Positions 37,481 to 50,545 of a stretch of 64,000 bases of DNA are shown one piece after another. The DNA comes from Raja brachyura (taxonomy: Eukaryota). Every line of letters begins with the position of its first letter. Position 1 is the stretch's first letter. The position numbers and the translations under genes were made by a program. Under the pieces are notes generated by a model, which had not been told where the DNA came from, ran no database searches, and saw nothing but the letters and a program-made list of their open reading frames with translations. The stretch lies in assembly GCA_963514005.1 (NCBI GenBank), contig OY740783.1, positions 6,262,001 to 6,326,000 of the forward strand. Direction: 5' to 3'.

Positions 37481-40459
37481 TGTGGCAGGGGGATGGGTAC
37501 AAGAGCAGAGAGGCAGGTGGGTGTAAAACGAGGGTGGAAGCAATAGGGAGCAAGGTGAAAAGTAAAAGTGGCAGGCAGACAAAACCAGGGCAAAAATCAA
37601 AAAGGGCCACTTCTCAACAAAATTGTATAAGGGGTAAGAGCTTTGTAAAAACAAGCCTGAAGGCCTTGTGTCTAAATGCAAGGAGTATTCGTAATAAGGT
37701 GGATGAGTTGAACGTGCAGATAGCTATTAATGAGTATGATATAGTTGGGATCACGGAGACATGGCTCCATGGTGACCAAGGCTGGGAGCTGAACATCCAG
37801 GGATATTCAATATTCAGGAGGGATAGAGAGAAAGGAAAAGGAGGTGGGGTAGCGTTGCTGGTTAGAGAGGAGATTAACGCAATGGAAAGGAAGGACATTA
37901 GCTTGGAGCATGTGGAATCAGTATGGGTAGAGCTGCGAAACACTAAGGGGCAGAAAACGCTAGTGGGAGTTGTGTACAGGCCACCTAACAGTAGTAGTGA
38001 AGTTGGGGATGGTATAAAACAGGAAATTAGAAATGCGTGCGACAAAGGCAAAACAGTTATAATGGGTGACTTCAATCTACATATAGATTGGGTGAATCAA
38101 ATTGGCAAGGGCGCTGAGGAAGAGGATTTTTTGTAAAGTATGAGGGATAGTTATCTAAATCAACATGTAGAGGAACCAACGAGAGAGCAGGCTATTTTAG
38201 ACTGGGTATTGAGTAATGAGGAAGGGTTAGTTAGCAGTCTTATTGTGCGTGCCCCCTTGGGCAACAGTGACCATAATATGGTCGAGTTCTTCATTAGGAT
38301 GGAGAGAGACATTGTTAATTCAGAAACAATGGTTCTGAACTTAAGGAAAGGTAACTTTGAGGGTATGAGACGTGAATTGGCCAAGAGTGACTGGCAATCA
38401 ATTCTAAAAGGGTTGACGGTGGATACGCAATGGAAGACATTTAAAGACTGCATGGATGAACTACAAAAATTGTTCATCCCAATTTGGCAAAAGAATAGAT
38501 CAGGGAAGGTAGTGCATCCGTGGATAACAAGGGAAATCAGGGATAGTATCAAAGCAATGGATGATGCGTACAAAGTAGCCAGAAAAAGCAGCATACCAGA
38601 CGACTGGGAGAAATTCAGAGACCAGCAGAGAAGGACAAAGGGCTTGATTAGGAAAGGAAAAATAGATTATGAAAGAAAACTGGCAGGGAACATATAAACT
38701 GACTGCAAAAGTTTTTATAGATATGTGAAGAGAAATAGATTAGTTAAAACAAATGTAGGTCCCTTGCAGTCAGAAACAGGTGAGTTGATCATGGGGAACA
38801 AGGATATGGCGGACCAATTGAATAACTACTTTGGTTCCGTCTTCACTAAGGAAGACATAAATAATCTGCCGGAAATAGCAGGGGACCGCAGGTCAAAGGA
38901 GTACTTGAGTGAAATCCAGGTTAGTCGGGAAGTGGTATTGGGTAAATTGAATGGATTAAAGACCGATAAATCCCCAGTGCCAGATAGGCTGCATCCCAGG
39001 GTACTCATGGAAGTAGCTCCGGAAATAGTGGATGCATTAGTCATAAACTTTCAAAACTCTTTAGATTCTGGAGTAGTTCCTGAGGATTGGCGGGTAGCAA
39101 ACGTAACCCCTCTTTTTAAGAAGGGGGGAAGAGAGAAAATGGGGAATTACAGACCAGTTAGTCTAACATCGGTAGTGGGGAAACTGCTAGAGTCAGTTAT
39201 TAAAGATGGGATAGCAGCACATTTGGAAAGTGGTGAAATCATTGGACAAAGTCAGCATGGATTTACGAAAGGTAAATCATGTCTGACGAATCTTGTGAAA
39301 TTTTTTGAGGATGTAACTAGTAGCGTGCATGGGGGAGAACCAGTGGATGTGGTGTATCTAGACTTCCAGAAGGCTTTCGACAAGGTCCCACATAAGCGAT
39401 TAGTATATAAACTTAAAGCATATGGCATTGAGGGTTCAGTATTGATGTGGATAGAGAACTGGCTGGCAAACAGGAAGCAAAGAGTAGGAGTAAACGGGTC
39501 GTTTTCACAATGGCAGGCAGTGACTAGTGGGGTACCGCAAGGCTCAGTGCTGGGACCCCAGCTATTTACAATATACATAAATGATCTGGATGAGGGAATT
39601 GAAGGCAATATCTCCAAGTTTGCGGATGACACTAAGCTGGGGGGGCAGTGTTCGCTGTGAGGAGGATGCTAGGAGAATGCAAGGTGACTTGGATAGGCTG
39701 GGTGAGTGGGCAAATGTTTGGCAGATGCAGTATAATGTGGATAAATGTGAGGTTATCCACTTTGGTGGCAAAAATAGGAAAACCGACTACTATCTAAATG
39801 GTGGCCGATTAGGAAAAGGGGAGATGCAGCGCGACCTGGGTGTCGTGGTACACCAGTCATTGAAAGTAGGCATGCAGGTACAGCAGGCAGTGAAGAAAGC
39901 CAATGGTATGTTAGCTTTCATAGCAAAAGGATTTGAGTATGGGAGCAGGGAGGTTCTACTTCAGTTGTATAGGGTCTTGGTGAGGCCACACCTGGAGTAT
40001 TGCGTACAGTTCTGGTCTCCAAATCTGAGGAAGGACATTATTGCCATAGAGGGAGTGCAGCGAAGGTTCACCGGACTGATTCCTGGGATGCCAGGACTGT
40101 CTTATGAACAAAGACTGCATAGGCTCGGTTTATACTCTCTAGAATTTAGGAGATTGAGAGGGGATCTTATAGAAACTTACAAAATTCTTAAGGGGTTGGA
40201 CAGGCTAGATGCAGGAAGATTGTTCCCGATGTTGGGGAGGTCCAGGACAAGGGGTCACAGCTTAAGGATAAGGGGGAAATCCTTTAGGACCGAGATGAGA
40301 AGGAATTTTTTCACACAGAGAGTGGTGGGTCTCTGGAACTCTCTGCCACAGAGGGTAGTTGAGGCCAGTTCATTGGCTATATTTAAGAGGGAGTTAGATG
40401 TGGCCCTTGTGGCTAAGGGGATCAGAGCGTATGGAGAGAAGGCAGGTACGGGATACTGA
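37480..40459 (+). pseudogene. CR1 ORF2p (APE endonuclease plus RT), disrupted
   Basis: Four consecutive ORF pieces: 37480-38136, 38140-38697, 38725-39660 and 39581-40459. Confidence 0.92.
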
Positions 40460-40696
40460 GTTGGATGATCAGCCATGATCATATTGAATGGCGGTGCAGG
40501 CTCGAAGGGCCGAATGGCCTACTCCTGCACCTAATTTCTATGTTTCTATGTTTCTAACAAGGAATGAATGTTGAATTACAAAGTGTTTAATGACATTGTC
40601 ATTCGTAATTTACAAATTAGCCAGAAAAAGCAGCCTACCAGAGGACTGGGAGAAATTCAGTCCAGCAGAGGAGGACAAAGGGCTTAATTAGGAAAG

Positions 40697-42273
40697 TCAA
40701 GTCAAACAAACTTTATTGTCATTTAGAAATACATCGATATATGCAATTCCAAAAAACGAAATTCCATTGCATTTGGCTCCCTGAGCAACACAAAAATTAA
40801 AAAGGGTAAAATGGAAAAAAAATGGATAAAAGGATAAAAGGATAAAATAGACAATGGTGGCAGCCCATTACATGGCATTCAGGAGTCTGATGGCTCGTGG
40901 GAAGAAACTGTTGCAGAAACTTGATGTTCTGCTCCGTAAGCTACGATATCTTTTGCCCGAGAGCAGCAGAATGAACAGTCCGTGATGGAGATGTGTGGGG
41001 TCTTTTATAATACTGCTGGCCTTAGACTCGCAACGATTGTTCGCAATATCCCCAATTGAGGGGAGAGAAGTCCCAATTATTTTTTCCGCTGTCCTCACCA
41101 CTCTCTGCACGGACTTCCAGTCAGAGACTTTACAGTCCCCAAACCAGACAGAGATACAGCTGGTCAAAATACTCTCTATGGTGCCCCTGTAGAAAGTGGT
41201 GAGGATGGGATGGGGGAGGTGAGCTCTTCTCATCCGGCGCAGAAAGTGCAACTGCTGCTGCGCTCTCTTAACTGTTGATGAGATGTTATTTGACCAGGTC
41301 AGACTGTTAGTGATCTGCACCCCCAGGAACTTAGTGCTACTGACCACCTCCACATCGCTGTCATTGATGTGAAGTGGTGTGGGACTATGCCGGTTTTTCC
41401 TGAAGTCGATGATGACCTCCTTTGTTTTTTCGACATTCTGGATCAGGTTGTTCGTATTGCACCAGTCCCCCAGTTGTTTCACCTCCTCCCTGTAAGCCAG
41501 CTCATTGTCGTCCTGGATGAGGCCCACCACTGTAGTGTCATCTGCGTACTTCATGGTGTGGTTTGTACTAAACCTGGCACAACAGTCGTGGGTCATCAGG
41601 GTAAACAGCAGTGGACTCAGGACACAGCCATGAGGGGAGCCGGTGCTCAGAGAGATGATGTTAGAATTGTTATTTCCAACCCTCACTGACTGGGGTCTGT
41701 CAGTGAGGAAGTCCAGTAGCCAGTTACACATGGGGGTGCTGAGGCCCAATGGAACCAGTTTGCTTATCAGGTGCTGAGGGATAATTGTGTTGAATTCTGA
41801 ACTAAAATCCACGAACAGCATTCGCACATAAGTGTTCTTCTCCTCTAGATGTTCCAGGCTCAGATGGAGTAAGGAGGATATAACGTCCTCTGTGGAGCGG
41901 TTTGGCCAGTAAGCAAACTGGTATGGGTCAAGTGTGGAGGGGAGTCTGGAGGTAATATGGTCCCTGACCAGCCTCTTGAAGCACTTCATCATTATGGGAG
42001 TGAGTGCTACAGGGCGGTAGTCGTTGAGACATTGCATATTGGATTTTCTTGGCACTGGTATGATGGTGGCAGTCTTGGGACACGATGGGACAACAGCCTC
42101 GTTCCGCGAGGTGTTAAAGGACATGTGCCTGCTGATCAGCACATTTCCTGAGCACCCGCCCTGTTATGTTATCAGGGCCTGCCGCCTTTCATGTGTCCAC
42201 CCCTTTTAGGGTCCTCCGGACATCCACCATGTCAAGACTGAGTGCCTCTTCATCACAGTGAGGAACTCAGTGA
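40697..42273 (-). mobile_element. Rex1/Babar LINE, 5'-truncated, with GAAAG target duplication
   Basis: ORF 40868-42142 (KYADDTT); GAAAG at 40692-40696 and 42274-42278. Confidence 0.9.
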
Positions 42274-42592
42274 GAAAGGGAAAATAGATTATGAAAGAAA
42301 ACTGGCAACGAACATAAAAAATGACTGCAAAGGTTTTTATCGATATGTGAAGAGAAAAAGGTTAGATAAAACAAATGTAGGTCCCTTGCAGTCAGAAACT
42401 GGTGAATTGATCATGCGGAACAAGGACATGGCAGACCTATTGAATAACTACTTTGGTTCTGCCTTCACTAAGAAAGACATAAATAATCTGCTGGAAATAG
42501 CAGGGGACCGGGGGTCAAATGAGATGGAGAAACTGAGTGAAATCCAGTTTAGCCGGGAAGTGGTGTTTGGTAAATTGAATGGATTAAAGGCC

Positions 42593-44025
42593 TATAACCA
42601 TATAACAATTACAGTATGGAAACAGGCCCTCTCGGCCCTTCCAGTCCGTGCCGACCATATAGTTTCCCCGAGTCTTATCTACCTGCACTCAGACCATACC
42701 CCTCCATTCCCTTCCCGTCCACATACCTATCTACTTTACTTTTAAATGTTAAAATCAAACCTGCCTCCACCACTTCTGCTGGAAGCTCATTCCACACAGA
42801 CACCACTCTCTGAGTAAAGAAGTTCCCCCTCATGTTACCCCTAAACTTCTGTCCCTTAATTCTAATGTCATGCCCTCTTGTTTGAATCTACCCTACCCTC
42901 AATGGGAAAAGCTTATCCACGTCAACTCTGTCTATCCCTTTCATCATTTTAAAGACCTCAATCAAGTCCCCCGCTAGCCTTCTGCGCTCCAAAGAATAAA
43001 GACCTAACTTGTTCAACCTTTCTCTGTAACTTAGTTGCTGGAACCCAGGCAACATTCTAGTAAATCTCCTCTGTACTCTCTCTATTTTGTTGACATTCTT
43101 CCTATAATTAGGCAACCAAAATTGTACACCATACTCCAGAATTGGTCTTACCAATGCCTTGTACAATTTTAACATTACTTCCCAACTCCTATATTCAATG
43201 CTCTGATTTATAAAGGCCAGTACACCAAAAGCTTTCTTTACCACCCTATCTACATGCGATTCCACCTTCAGGGAACTATGCACAGTTATTCCTAGATCCC
43301 TCTCTTCCACAGCATTCCTCAATTCCCTACCATTTACCATGTACATCCTATTTTGATTTGTCCTGCCAAGATGTAGCACCTCACAATTATCAGCATTAAA
43401 CTCCATCTGCCGTCTTTCAGCCCACTTTTCCAAATGGCCCACATTCTCTGTAGACTTTGAAAATCTACTTTGTTATCCACAACACCACCTATCTTAGTAT
43501 CATCTGCATACTTACTTATCCAATTTTCCACCCCATCATCCAGATCATTGATGTACATGCCAAACAACAGTGGACCCAACACCGATCCCTGAGGCACCCC
43601 ACTGGTCACCGGCTGCCAACCTGACAAACAGCCATCCACCATTATTCTCTGACATCTCCCATTCAGCCACATTTGAATCCATCTTGCTACTCTGCCATTA
43701 ACACCCAAAGATTGAACCTTCTTAACCAACCTTCCATGGGGAACCTTGTCAAAGGCCTTACTGAAATCCATATAGACAACATCCACTGCTTTACCCTCAT
43801 CAATTTCCCTAGTAACCTCTTCAAAAAATTCAAGAAGGTTTGTCAAACATGACCTTCCAGGCACAAATCCATGTTGACTGTTATTGATCGGACCCTGTTT
43901 ATCCAGATGCTTATATATATTATCTCTAACTTTCCATTAATTTGCCCACCACTGACGTCAAACTAACAGGTCTATAGTTGCTAGGTTTATTCTTTGATCC
44001 CTTTTTAAACAATGGAACAACATCC
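42593..44025 (-). mobile_element. Antisense CR1 of the same subfamily as 11419-14492
   Basis: ORFs 43334-43864 and 42888-43442; TTATATGG-type tail at 42593. Confidence 0.9.
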
Positions 44026-44674
44026 CCAGGATAAATCCAGAACAGTGGAACAACATCCCCAGGATCAATGGATAAATCCCCAGGGCAAAGATAGGCTGCA
44101 TCCCAGAGTACTTAAGGAAGTAGCCCCAGAAATAGTGGATGCATTAGTGATAATTTTTCAAAACTCTTTAGATTCTGGAGTAGTTCCTGAGGATTGGAGG
44201 GTAGCTAATGTAACCCCACTTTTAAAAAAGGGAGGGAGAGAGAAAACGGGGAATTACAGACCAGTTAGTCTAACATCGGTAGTGGGGACAATGCTAGAGT
44301 CAGCTATTAAAGATGGGATAGCAGCACATTTGGAAAGTGGTGAAATCATTGGACAAAGTCAGCATGGATTTATGAAAGGTTAATCATGTCTGACGAACCT
44401 TATAGAATTTTTCGAGTACGTAACCAGTAGAGTGGATAAGGGAGAACCTGTGGATGTGTTATATCTGGACTTTCAGAAGGCATTCGACAAGGTCCCACAT
44501 AAGAGATTAGTATACAAATGGAAAGCACATTGTATTGGGGGTTCAGTATTGATGTGGATAGCGAACTGGCTGGCAGACAGGAAGCAAAGAGTAGGAGTAA
44601 ACAGGTAATTTTCAGAATGACACGCAGTGTCTAGTGTGGTACCGCAAGGCTCAGTGCTGGGCCACTTTGGTGGC

Positions 44675-45245
44675 TGTTAGGTACTTCCCCTCCCCCTCTG
44701 GTGAATGCGATGGACTTACCTTTTTGTTTCTCTGCAGGCCGTGGCTGGGAGCCAGGAATCAAGGGGTTAAGAGCTTCTGTACCTGATTGGCCAAGCTACG
44801 TCAGGTGACTCATCGGTAGCTTAAAAGGCAGACGCTCCCAGAATTCTCTCTCTTCGTGCTAGATCCCGGAAGGAAGAGGTGCCGGTCTGAGCTGCAGGAG
44901 GCCTGTCCGCATGGCAGAGCACTTTGTATATTTGTCGCATATATTTGCAAATTAATGTTGTCTTGGGATGGTAGGGATGACCTGAGAGTTTTCAGGTATT
45001 TTTGGTTGCAGGGTTTTGTCTATATAGGCAGGATTAGGGTCTTCAGTCCGATGGCCCATTGAGAGGCTGGCTGGAGCACACATATATTATTTGTCAGCCA
45101 ATTCTGGTCCTTGACCGTGTTGTTTAAATCAGCTTTGGGTTTTGTCTTAGTTTAACACAATTAAAGACTTTTTTTTATCTTAAACTTGACCCTGGTTTTG
45201 ATTTGTTACGCAACTCTGAGGAACCTGCCTTCGGGGGACGTAACA
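44675..45245 (+). mobile_element. Solo LTR (571 bp)
   Basis: TGTTA...TAACA termini and 5-bp TSD GTGGC (44670-44674, 45246-45250). Internal TTAAAA near 44821 and ATTAAA near 45160 suggest the orientation. Confidence 0.88.
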
Positions 45246-47994
45246 GTGGCAAAAACAGGAAAGTAGACTATTATCTGAATGGTGGCCGATTAGGAAAAGG
45301 GGAGATGCAACGAGACCTGGGTGTCATGGTGCACCAGTCATTTAAAGTAGGCATGCAGGTGCAGCAGGCAGTGAAGAAAGCGAATGGTATGTTGGCATTC
45401 GTAGCAAAAGGATTTGAGTACAAGAGCAGGGAGGTTCTACTGCAGTTGTACAGGGTCTTGATGAAGCCACACCTGGAGTATTGCGTGCAGTTTTGGTCTC
45501 CTAATCTGAGGAAGGACATTATTGCCATAGAGGGAGTACAGAGAAGGTTCACCAGACTGATTCCTGGGATGGCAGAACTTCCATATGAAGAAAGACTGGA
45601 TAGACTCGGCTTGTACTCGCTGGAATTTAGAAGATTGAGGGGGAATCTTATAGAGACTTACAAAATTCATAAGGGGTTGGACAGGCTAGATGGAGGAAGA
45701 TTGTTCCCGATGTTGGGGAAGTCCAGAACAAGGGGTCACAGTTTAAGGATAAGGGGGAATTCCTTTAGGACCGAGATGAGGAAAACATTTTTCACACGAG
45801 AGAGTGGTGAGTGTCTGCAATTCTCTGCCACAGAAGGTAGTTGACGGCAGTTCATTGGCTATATTTAAGAAGGAGTTAGATGTGGCCCTTGTGGCTAAAG
45901 GGATCAGGTGGTATGGAGAGAAGGCAGGTACAGGACACTGAGTTGGATGATCAGCCATGATCATATTGAATGGCGGTGCAGGCTCAATTGGCCTACACCT
46001 ACACCTATTTTCTATGTTTCTATGTTTCTATTTTATGGTGTACCGGACATTGATCTGTTTGCATCCGTGATTAATCACCAGTTACCAAATTACGTGTCAT
46101 GGGAGTCAGACCTAGGGGCAGTAGCAGTTGATGCATTCTCACTACACTTGTATGTATTTGTATGAATTTCCCCTATTCTGCCTCATCAGTTGATGCTTGG
46201 CCAAGATCAAGCAAGACTCCACTTCCGGCATATTAGTAGTACCAGACTGGCCGACTCAGCATTGGTTTCCACTCGTCCGAGCTATAATTACACAGCCTTT
46301 TATGGCTCTCCCCAAGAGCAGAAATCTGCTGGTACACCCTGTGACAGGGGAAAGCCATCCTCTTCATGACCGTGGAAATGTATTGGTTTGCCGATTCTGA
46401 GGAGACCGTTCCTGGGGCTCGGGCTTTCAGAGCGTACGATAGATGTGATCACTGCGGCCTGGAGGAAGAGCATCCAAAAACAGTACCTCACTCACATAAG
46501 GAAATGGGAGATGTACTGTTCTCTCTCAAAAATTTCATATGACACGGCTTCCATCACGGATGTTTTGGAGTTTCTTTCATCACTTTTCTACGATCAGAAG
46601 CTCAGTTACAGTGCCATAAATAGTGCTAGGAGCGCTTTGTCATCTTATTTATGGCTGGGGTCAGGGAATTACACTGTAGGATCTCATCCCTTAATAACTA
46701 AATTCATGAAGGGCATTTTTAACTCTACTCCCCCTAGGCCTACGTATTCACAGATATGGGATGTGAGCGCGGTTCTCACGCTGCTCCGTCAGTGGGCACC
46801 AGCTTCATCCCTGTCTCTGCATTATCTCACACTCAAGGTAGTCATGCTCATGGCGTTGGCCTCAGCTCAACGGGTCCAGACGTTACACAAACTTAGACTG
46901 GACAGCATGGTTACATCTTGTGATAACATCACCTTTTTTGTTCATGATCTCATTAAGCAGAGCAGGCCGGTGATATTGGGGCTAGAAATTAGTTTTATGG
47001 CTGACTCCTTAAACCTACAGTTGTGTGTGGTTTTATATACGTTAAGGTCACTAAGGGCCTCAGAGGCCCGGAACTATCCTTATTCGTCAGCTACACCAAA
47101 CCTCATAGGAAGGTTACAGTGCAGACCATCTCAAAATGGATTAAACAGGTTCTGGCATGTGCAGGAGTGAACACTGACACCTTTAAACCTTATTCCACCA
47201 GGGTTGCATCGACATCAGCAGCAAGGGATATGGACGTCCCTCTAGACCACATTCTAGCGGCTGCGGGATGGTCTAATGAGCGGACGTACCAAAGGTTTTA
47301 CAACAAACCTATCGCCAGACCGGGGACTTTCGGTAATTCTGTTTTAAGTTCTGTTTCACAGTTTCCCCCTGGGTCAGAGGGGTCACTGTTAATTTTCTTT
47401 TTGCTATTAAAGCATTAGCATTTTTATCCATGTCATGTTTGAATGCATTAATTCTTTCTCACTCATCCTGGTCAATTGATGCAGTGTGTGACGCATGGAG
47501 TAGTTTCCACGGCATGAAATCCCAGAGCTTCAGAATCTTCACGTAGTCACTCACGTGACTCCGAAGTAAAATAGTAAGATTAAACGAGAACTTACCAGTT
47601 TGAAGTTTGATCTTTATTTTATGAGGTGTTACGATGAGCGATTACGTGCCCTCCGCTCCCGACCCTCGTAACATAAAGATTTTTCTGGAAGTTCTAGTCA
47701 GCTCAAATATTACTATTTTAGGTCACAACTGTTCTTCTGTGATTTCACATCGCTGCTTTGAAGATTGACGCGCATGCGGGTTGACGACCTTCTTCACGTA
47801 ATCGCTCATCGTAACTCCTCATGACACAAAGATCAAACTTCAAACTGGTAAGTTCTCATTTAATCTTACTAATATGTGGTACAAATCCGAATGCATTTTC
47901 CATGTCCAGAAAACGCTACATTCCAACATCTTCTCTCAAGCATGGCAGTCTGAATCTGGTGCCATAACTGTTCAAAACTGTGTTCAAACAGAAT

Positions 47995-50545
47995 CAGGTT
48001 TTGACGGTATGAGAAGGAAATTAGCTAGGATAAACTGGCAAGTGATACTTAATGGCTTGACGATGGATATGTAATGGCAAAGATTTAAAGATCGTATGGA
48101 TGAATTGCAACAATTGTTCATCCCTGTTTGGCGTAAAAATAAAACAGGGAAGGCGGCTCAACTGTGGCTAACGATCGAAATTGGGGACAGTGTTAAATCC
48201 AAAGCGCATAAATTGGCCAGAGGAAGCAGCAAACCGGTGGACTGGGAGAAATTTAAAATTTAACAGAAGAGGACAAAGGGTTTAATTAAGAGGGGGAAAG
48301 TGGAGCATGAAAGGAAGCTTGTGAGGAAAATATTAGTGAAGACAAATGTAGGTCCCTTACAGTCAGAAACAGGTTAATTTATAATGGGAAACAAGAAAAT
48401 GGCAGACCAGTTAAACAAATACTTTGGTTCTGTCTTCACTAAGGAAGACACAAACATTCTCCCAGAAATACAAGGGGACCCAGGATCTAGTAGGAGGGAG
48501 GAAGTGAAGGAAATCCACATCAGTCAGGGAATGTTGTTGGGTAAACTGTTGGGACTGAAGGCAGATAAATCCCCAGAGCCTGATGGTCTGCATGCAAACC
48601 AACTCAAGGAGGTGGCCCTCGAAGTCGTGGATGCATTCGTGATCATTTTCCAATGTTCTATAGACACAGGATCAGCTCCTGTGGACTGGAGGGTAGCTAA
48701 TGTAACCCCACTTTTTGAGGAAGGACGGAGAAAGAAAACAGGGAATTATAGACCAGTTAGCCTGACATCGGTAGTGGGGAAGATGCTTGAGTCGATTATT
48801 AAAGATGTTATAGCAGCGCATTTGGAAAGCACTGACAGGATCGGTCAAAATCGGCATGGATTTATGAAGGGGAAAACATGCTTTCTTTTTTGGGTTTTTT
48901 TTTGTTAGAAGTAAGTACAGTAATGTAGTACCTGATACATACATACATACATACATACATACATACATACATACATACATACATGTTGCCATTCTTGTAC
49001 AAGTTCTTATTTTTTATTTAATAATAAAATAGAAAAAGGAAAATAATGAGTGTCGAGATAGATAGACAAGAGAGTAGAAACAGATAGCGAGAGAGACAAA
49101 AAGCAGAGATAAGAAGCTAAGGAGATTGAAAAAGAAAAGGAAAATAAAAAGGAAAGAAATTAGGAGAGATATACCTATTTAATATCTTTACCCATCCATC
49201 ACCCAGTTCTGAACCATTTAATTTCTAAAGTTATGTTATGTTGCACCATATGCTTGTAAGTCGATAAAAGGAGACCAAGTCTTTAAGAATTGGTCTACTT
49301 TGCCTAGTAGGAGGAATCTCATTTCTTCAAGATGTAGCGTTTCCGTCATATTTGAAATCCACATTTTGAACGTTGGCGTGGATGCGTTTTTCCAAAATTT
49401 AAGTATGTTTTTTTGCTGTTATTAAACCATAATTAAAGAGCGCTTCTTGGAACGTAGATAATTTACGCCCCTCTTCCATTGATCCGAAGATAATCAGTTC
49501 TGTATTGGGGTTCAATTTTGTGCTGAATAGTTTTGTAAAAGTTCCGAAGATTTCATTCCAACATTGATGAAGTTTTGTACAAGAGACAAAGGAATGTGCT
49601 ATAGTGGCATTTTGAGTTAGACATTTGTCACAAATGTGGGAAACATTTGGAAATATTTTATTCAACCTGGTTTTCGAGTAATATAGTCTATGTAAAATTT
49701 TAAATTGAATTAATGCTTGGAAAATTGGAAACCATGCTTGACTAATCTTCCGGAATTTTTTGAGTATGTAAGAGGGAAAATGGATAAGGGAGAGCCAATG
49801 GATGTGGTGTATCTGGACTACCTAATGCCCTTTGAAAATGTCCCACACAATTGATTAGTGTGCAAAATGAGCGCACATGATATTGGGGGTTAGATATTGT
49901 CACGGATAGAAAACTGGTTGGCTGACAGGAATCAAAGAGTAGGAATTAACGGGCTATTTTCAGAATGACAGGCCGTGACTAGTGGGTGGCTCAAGGCTCA
50001 ATGCTGGTACCCCCAGGTATTTTCTATATATATTACCGATTTGGACGAAGAAATTAAATTTAACCTCTCCAAGTTTGCGGATGACACAGAACTGGGTGGT
50101 AGTGTGAGTTTCGAGGAGGACTATTTGGGGCTACATGGTGACTTGGATATGTTGGGTCAGTGGGCATATGCACGGTAGATACAGTACAACGTGGATACAT
50201 TTTGAGGTTATCCATTTTGGTGGCAAGAAAAATAAGGTAGATTATTATCTGAATGGTGTCAGATTAGGAAAAGTAAAGATGCAACATGACCTGTGTGTCC
50301 TTGTACATCAGTCACTGAAAATAAACATACAGGTTAGGCAGGCAGTGAAGAAAGCGAATGGCATGTTGGCCTTCACAGCGAGGGAATTTGAGTAAAGGAG
50401 CAAGGAGGTCCCACTGCACATGTACAGGGCCCTGGTGAGACCACACCTATAGTATGGTGTGCAATTTTATCTCCTAATTTGAGGAAGAACATTCTTGCCA
50501 TTGAATGAGTACAGCTTAGGTTCACCAGGTTAATTCCCGGGATGC
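47995..50545 (+). mobile_element. Degenerate CR1 ORF2 interrupted by an antisense L1 3' fragment
   Basis: ORF 48384-48908 ([13 protein letters not shown]) continues after about 49730. Confidence 0.85.
48893..49715 (-). mobile_element. L1/Tx1 3' fragment with (TACA)n microsatellite
   Basis: CDKC..AHSF..C zinc-knuckle-like C-terminus homologous to 17925-18623; T-rich tail. Confidence 0.85.

Larger units (their letters stand above)
36496..40555 (+). mobile_element. Near full-length CR1 LINE with AACAA target duplication
   Basis: ORF1 plus ORF2 with one stop and two frameshifts; AACAA at 36491-36495 and 40556-40560. Confidence 0.95.
40608..46030 (+). mobile_element. Second CR1 inside DIRS C, itself interrupted three times
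   Basis: Collinear CR1 pieces 40608-40696, 42274-42592, 44070-44674 and 45246-46030. Confidence 0.88.
35170..47871 (+). mobile_element. 5'-truncated DIRS (copy C) split by nested insertions; pieces at 35170-36495, 40556-40607 and 46031-47871
   Basis: RT (IDLKDAY, MAYLDD) and RNaseH. The reading continues across junctions (QFNYNKE*MLNYKVFNDIVIR..YGVPDIDLFAS). YR at 46388-47418; ICR/terminal inverted repeat about 47570-47650 / 47795-47871. Confidence 0.9.
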
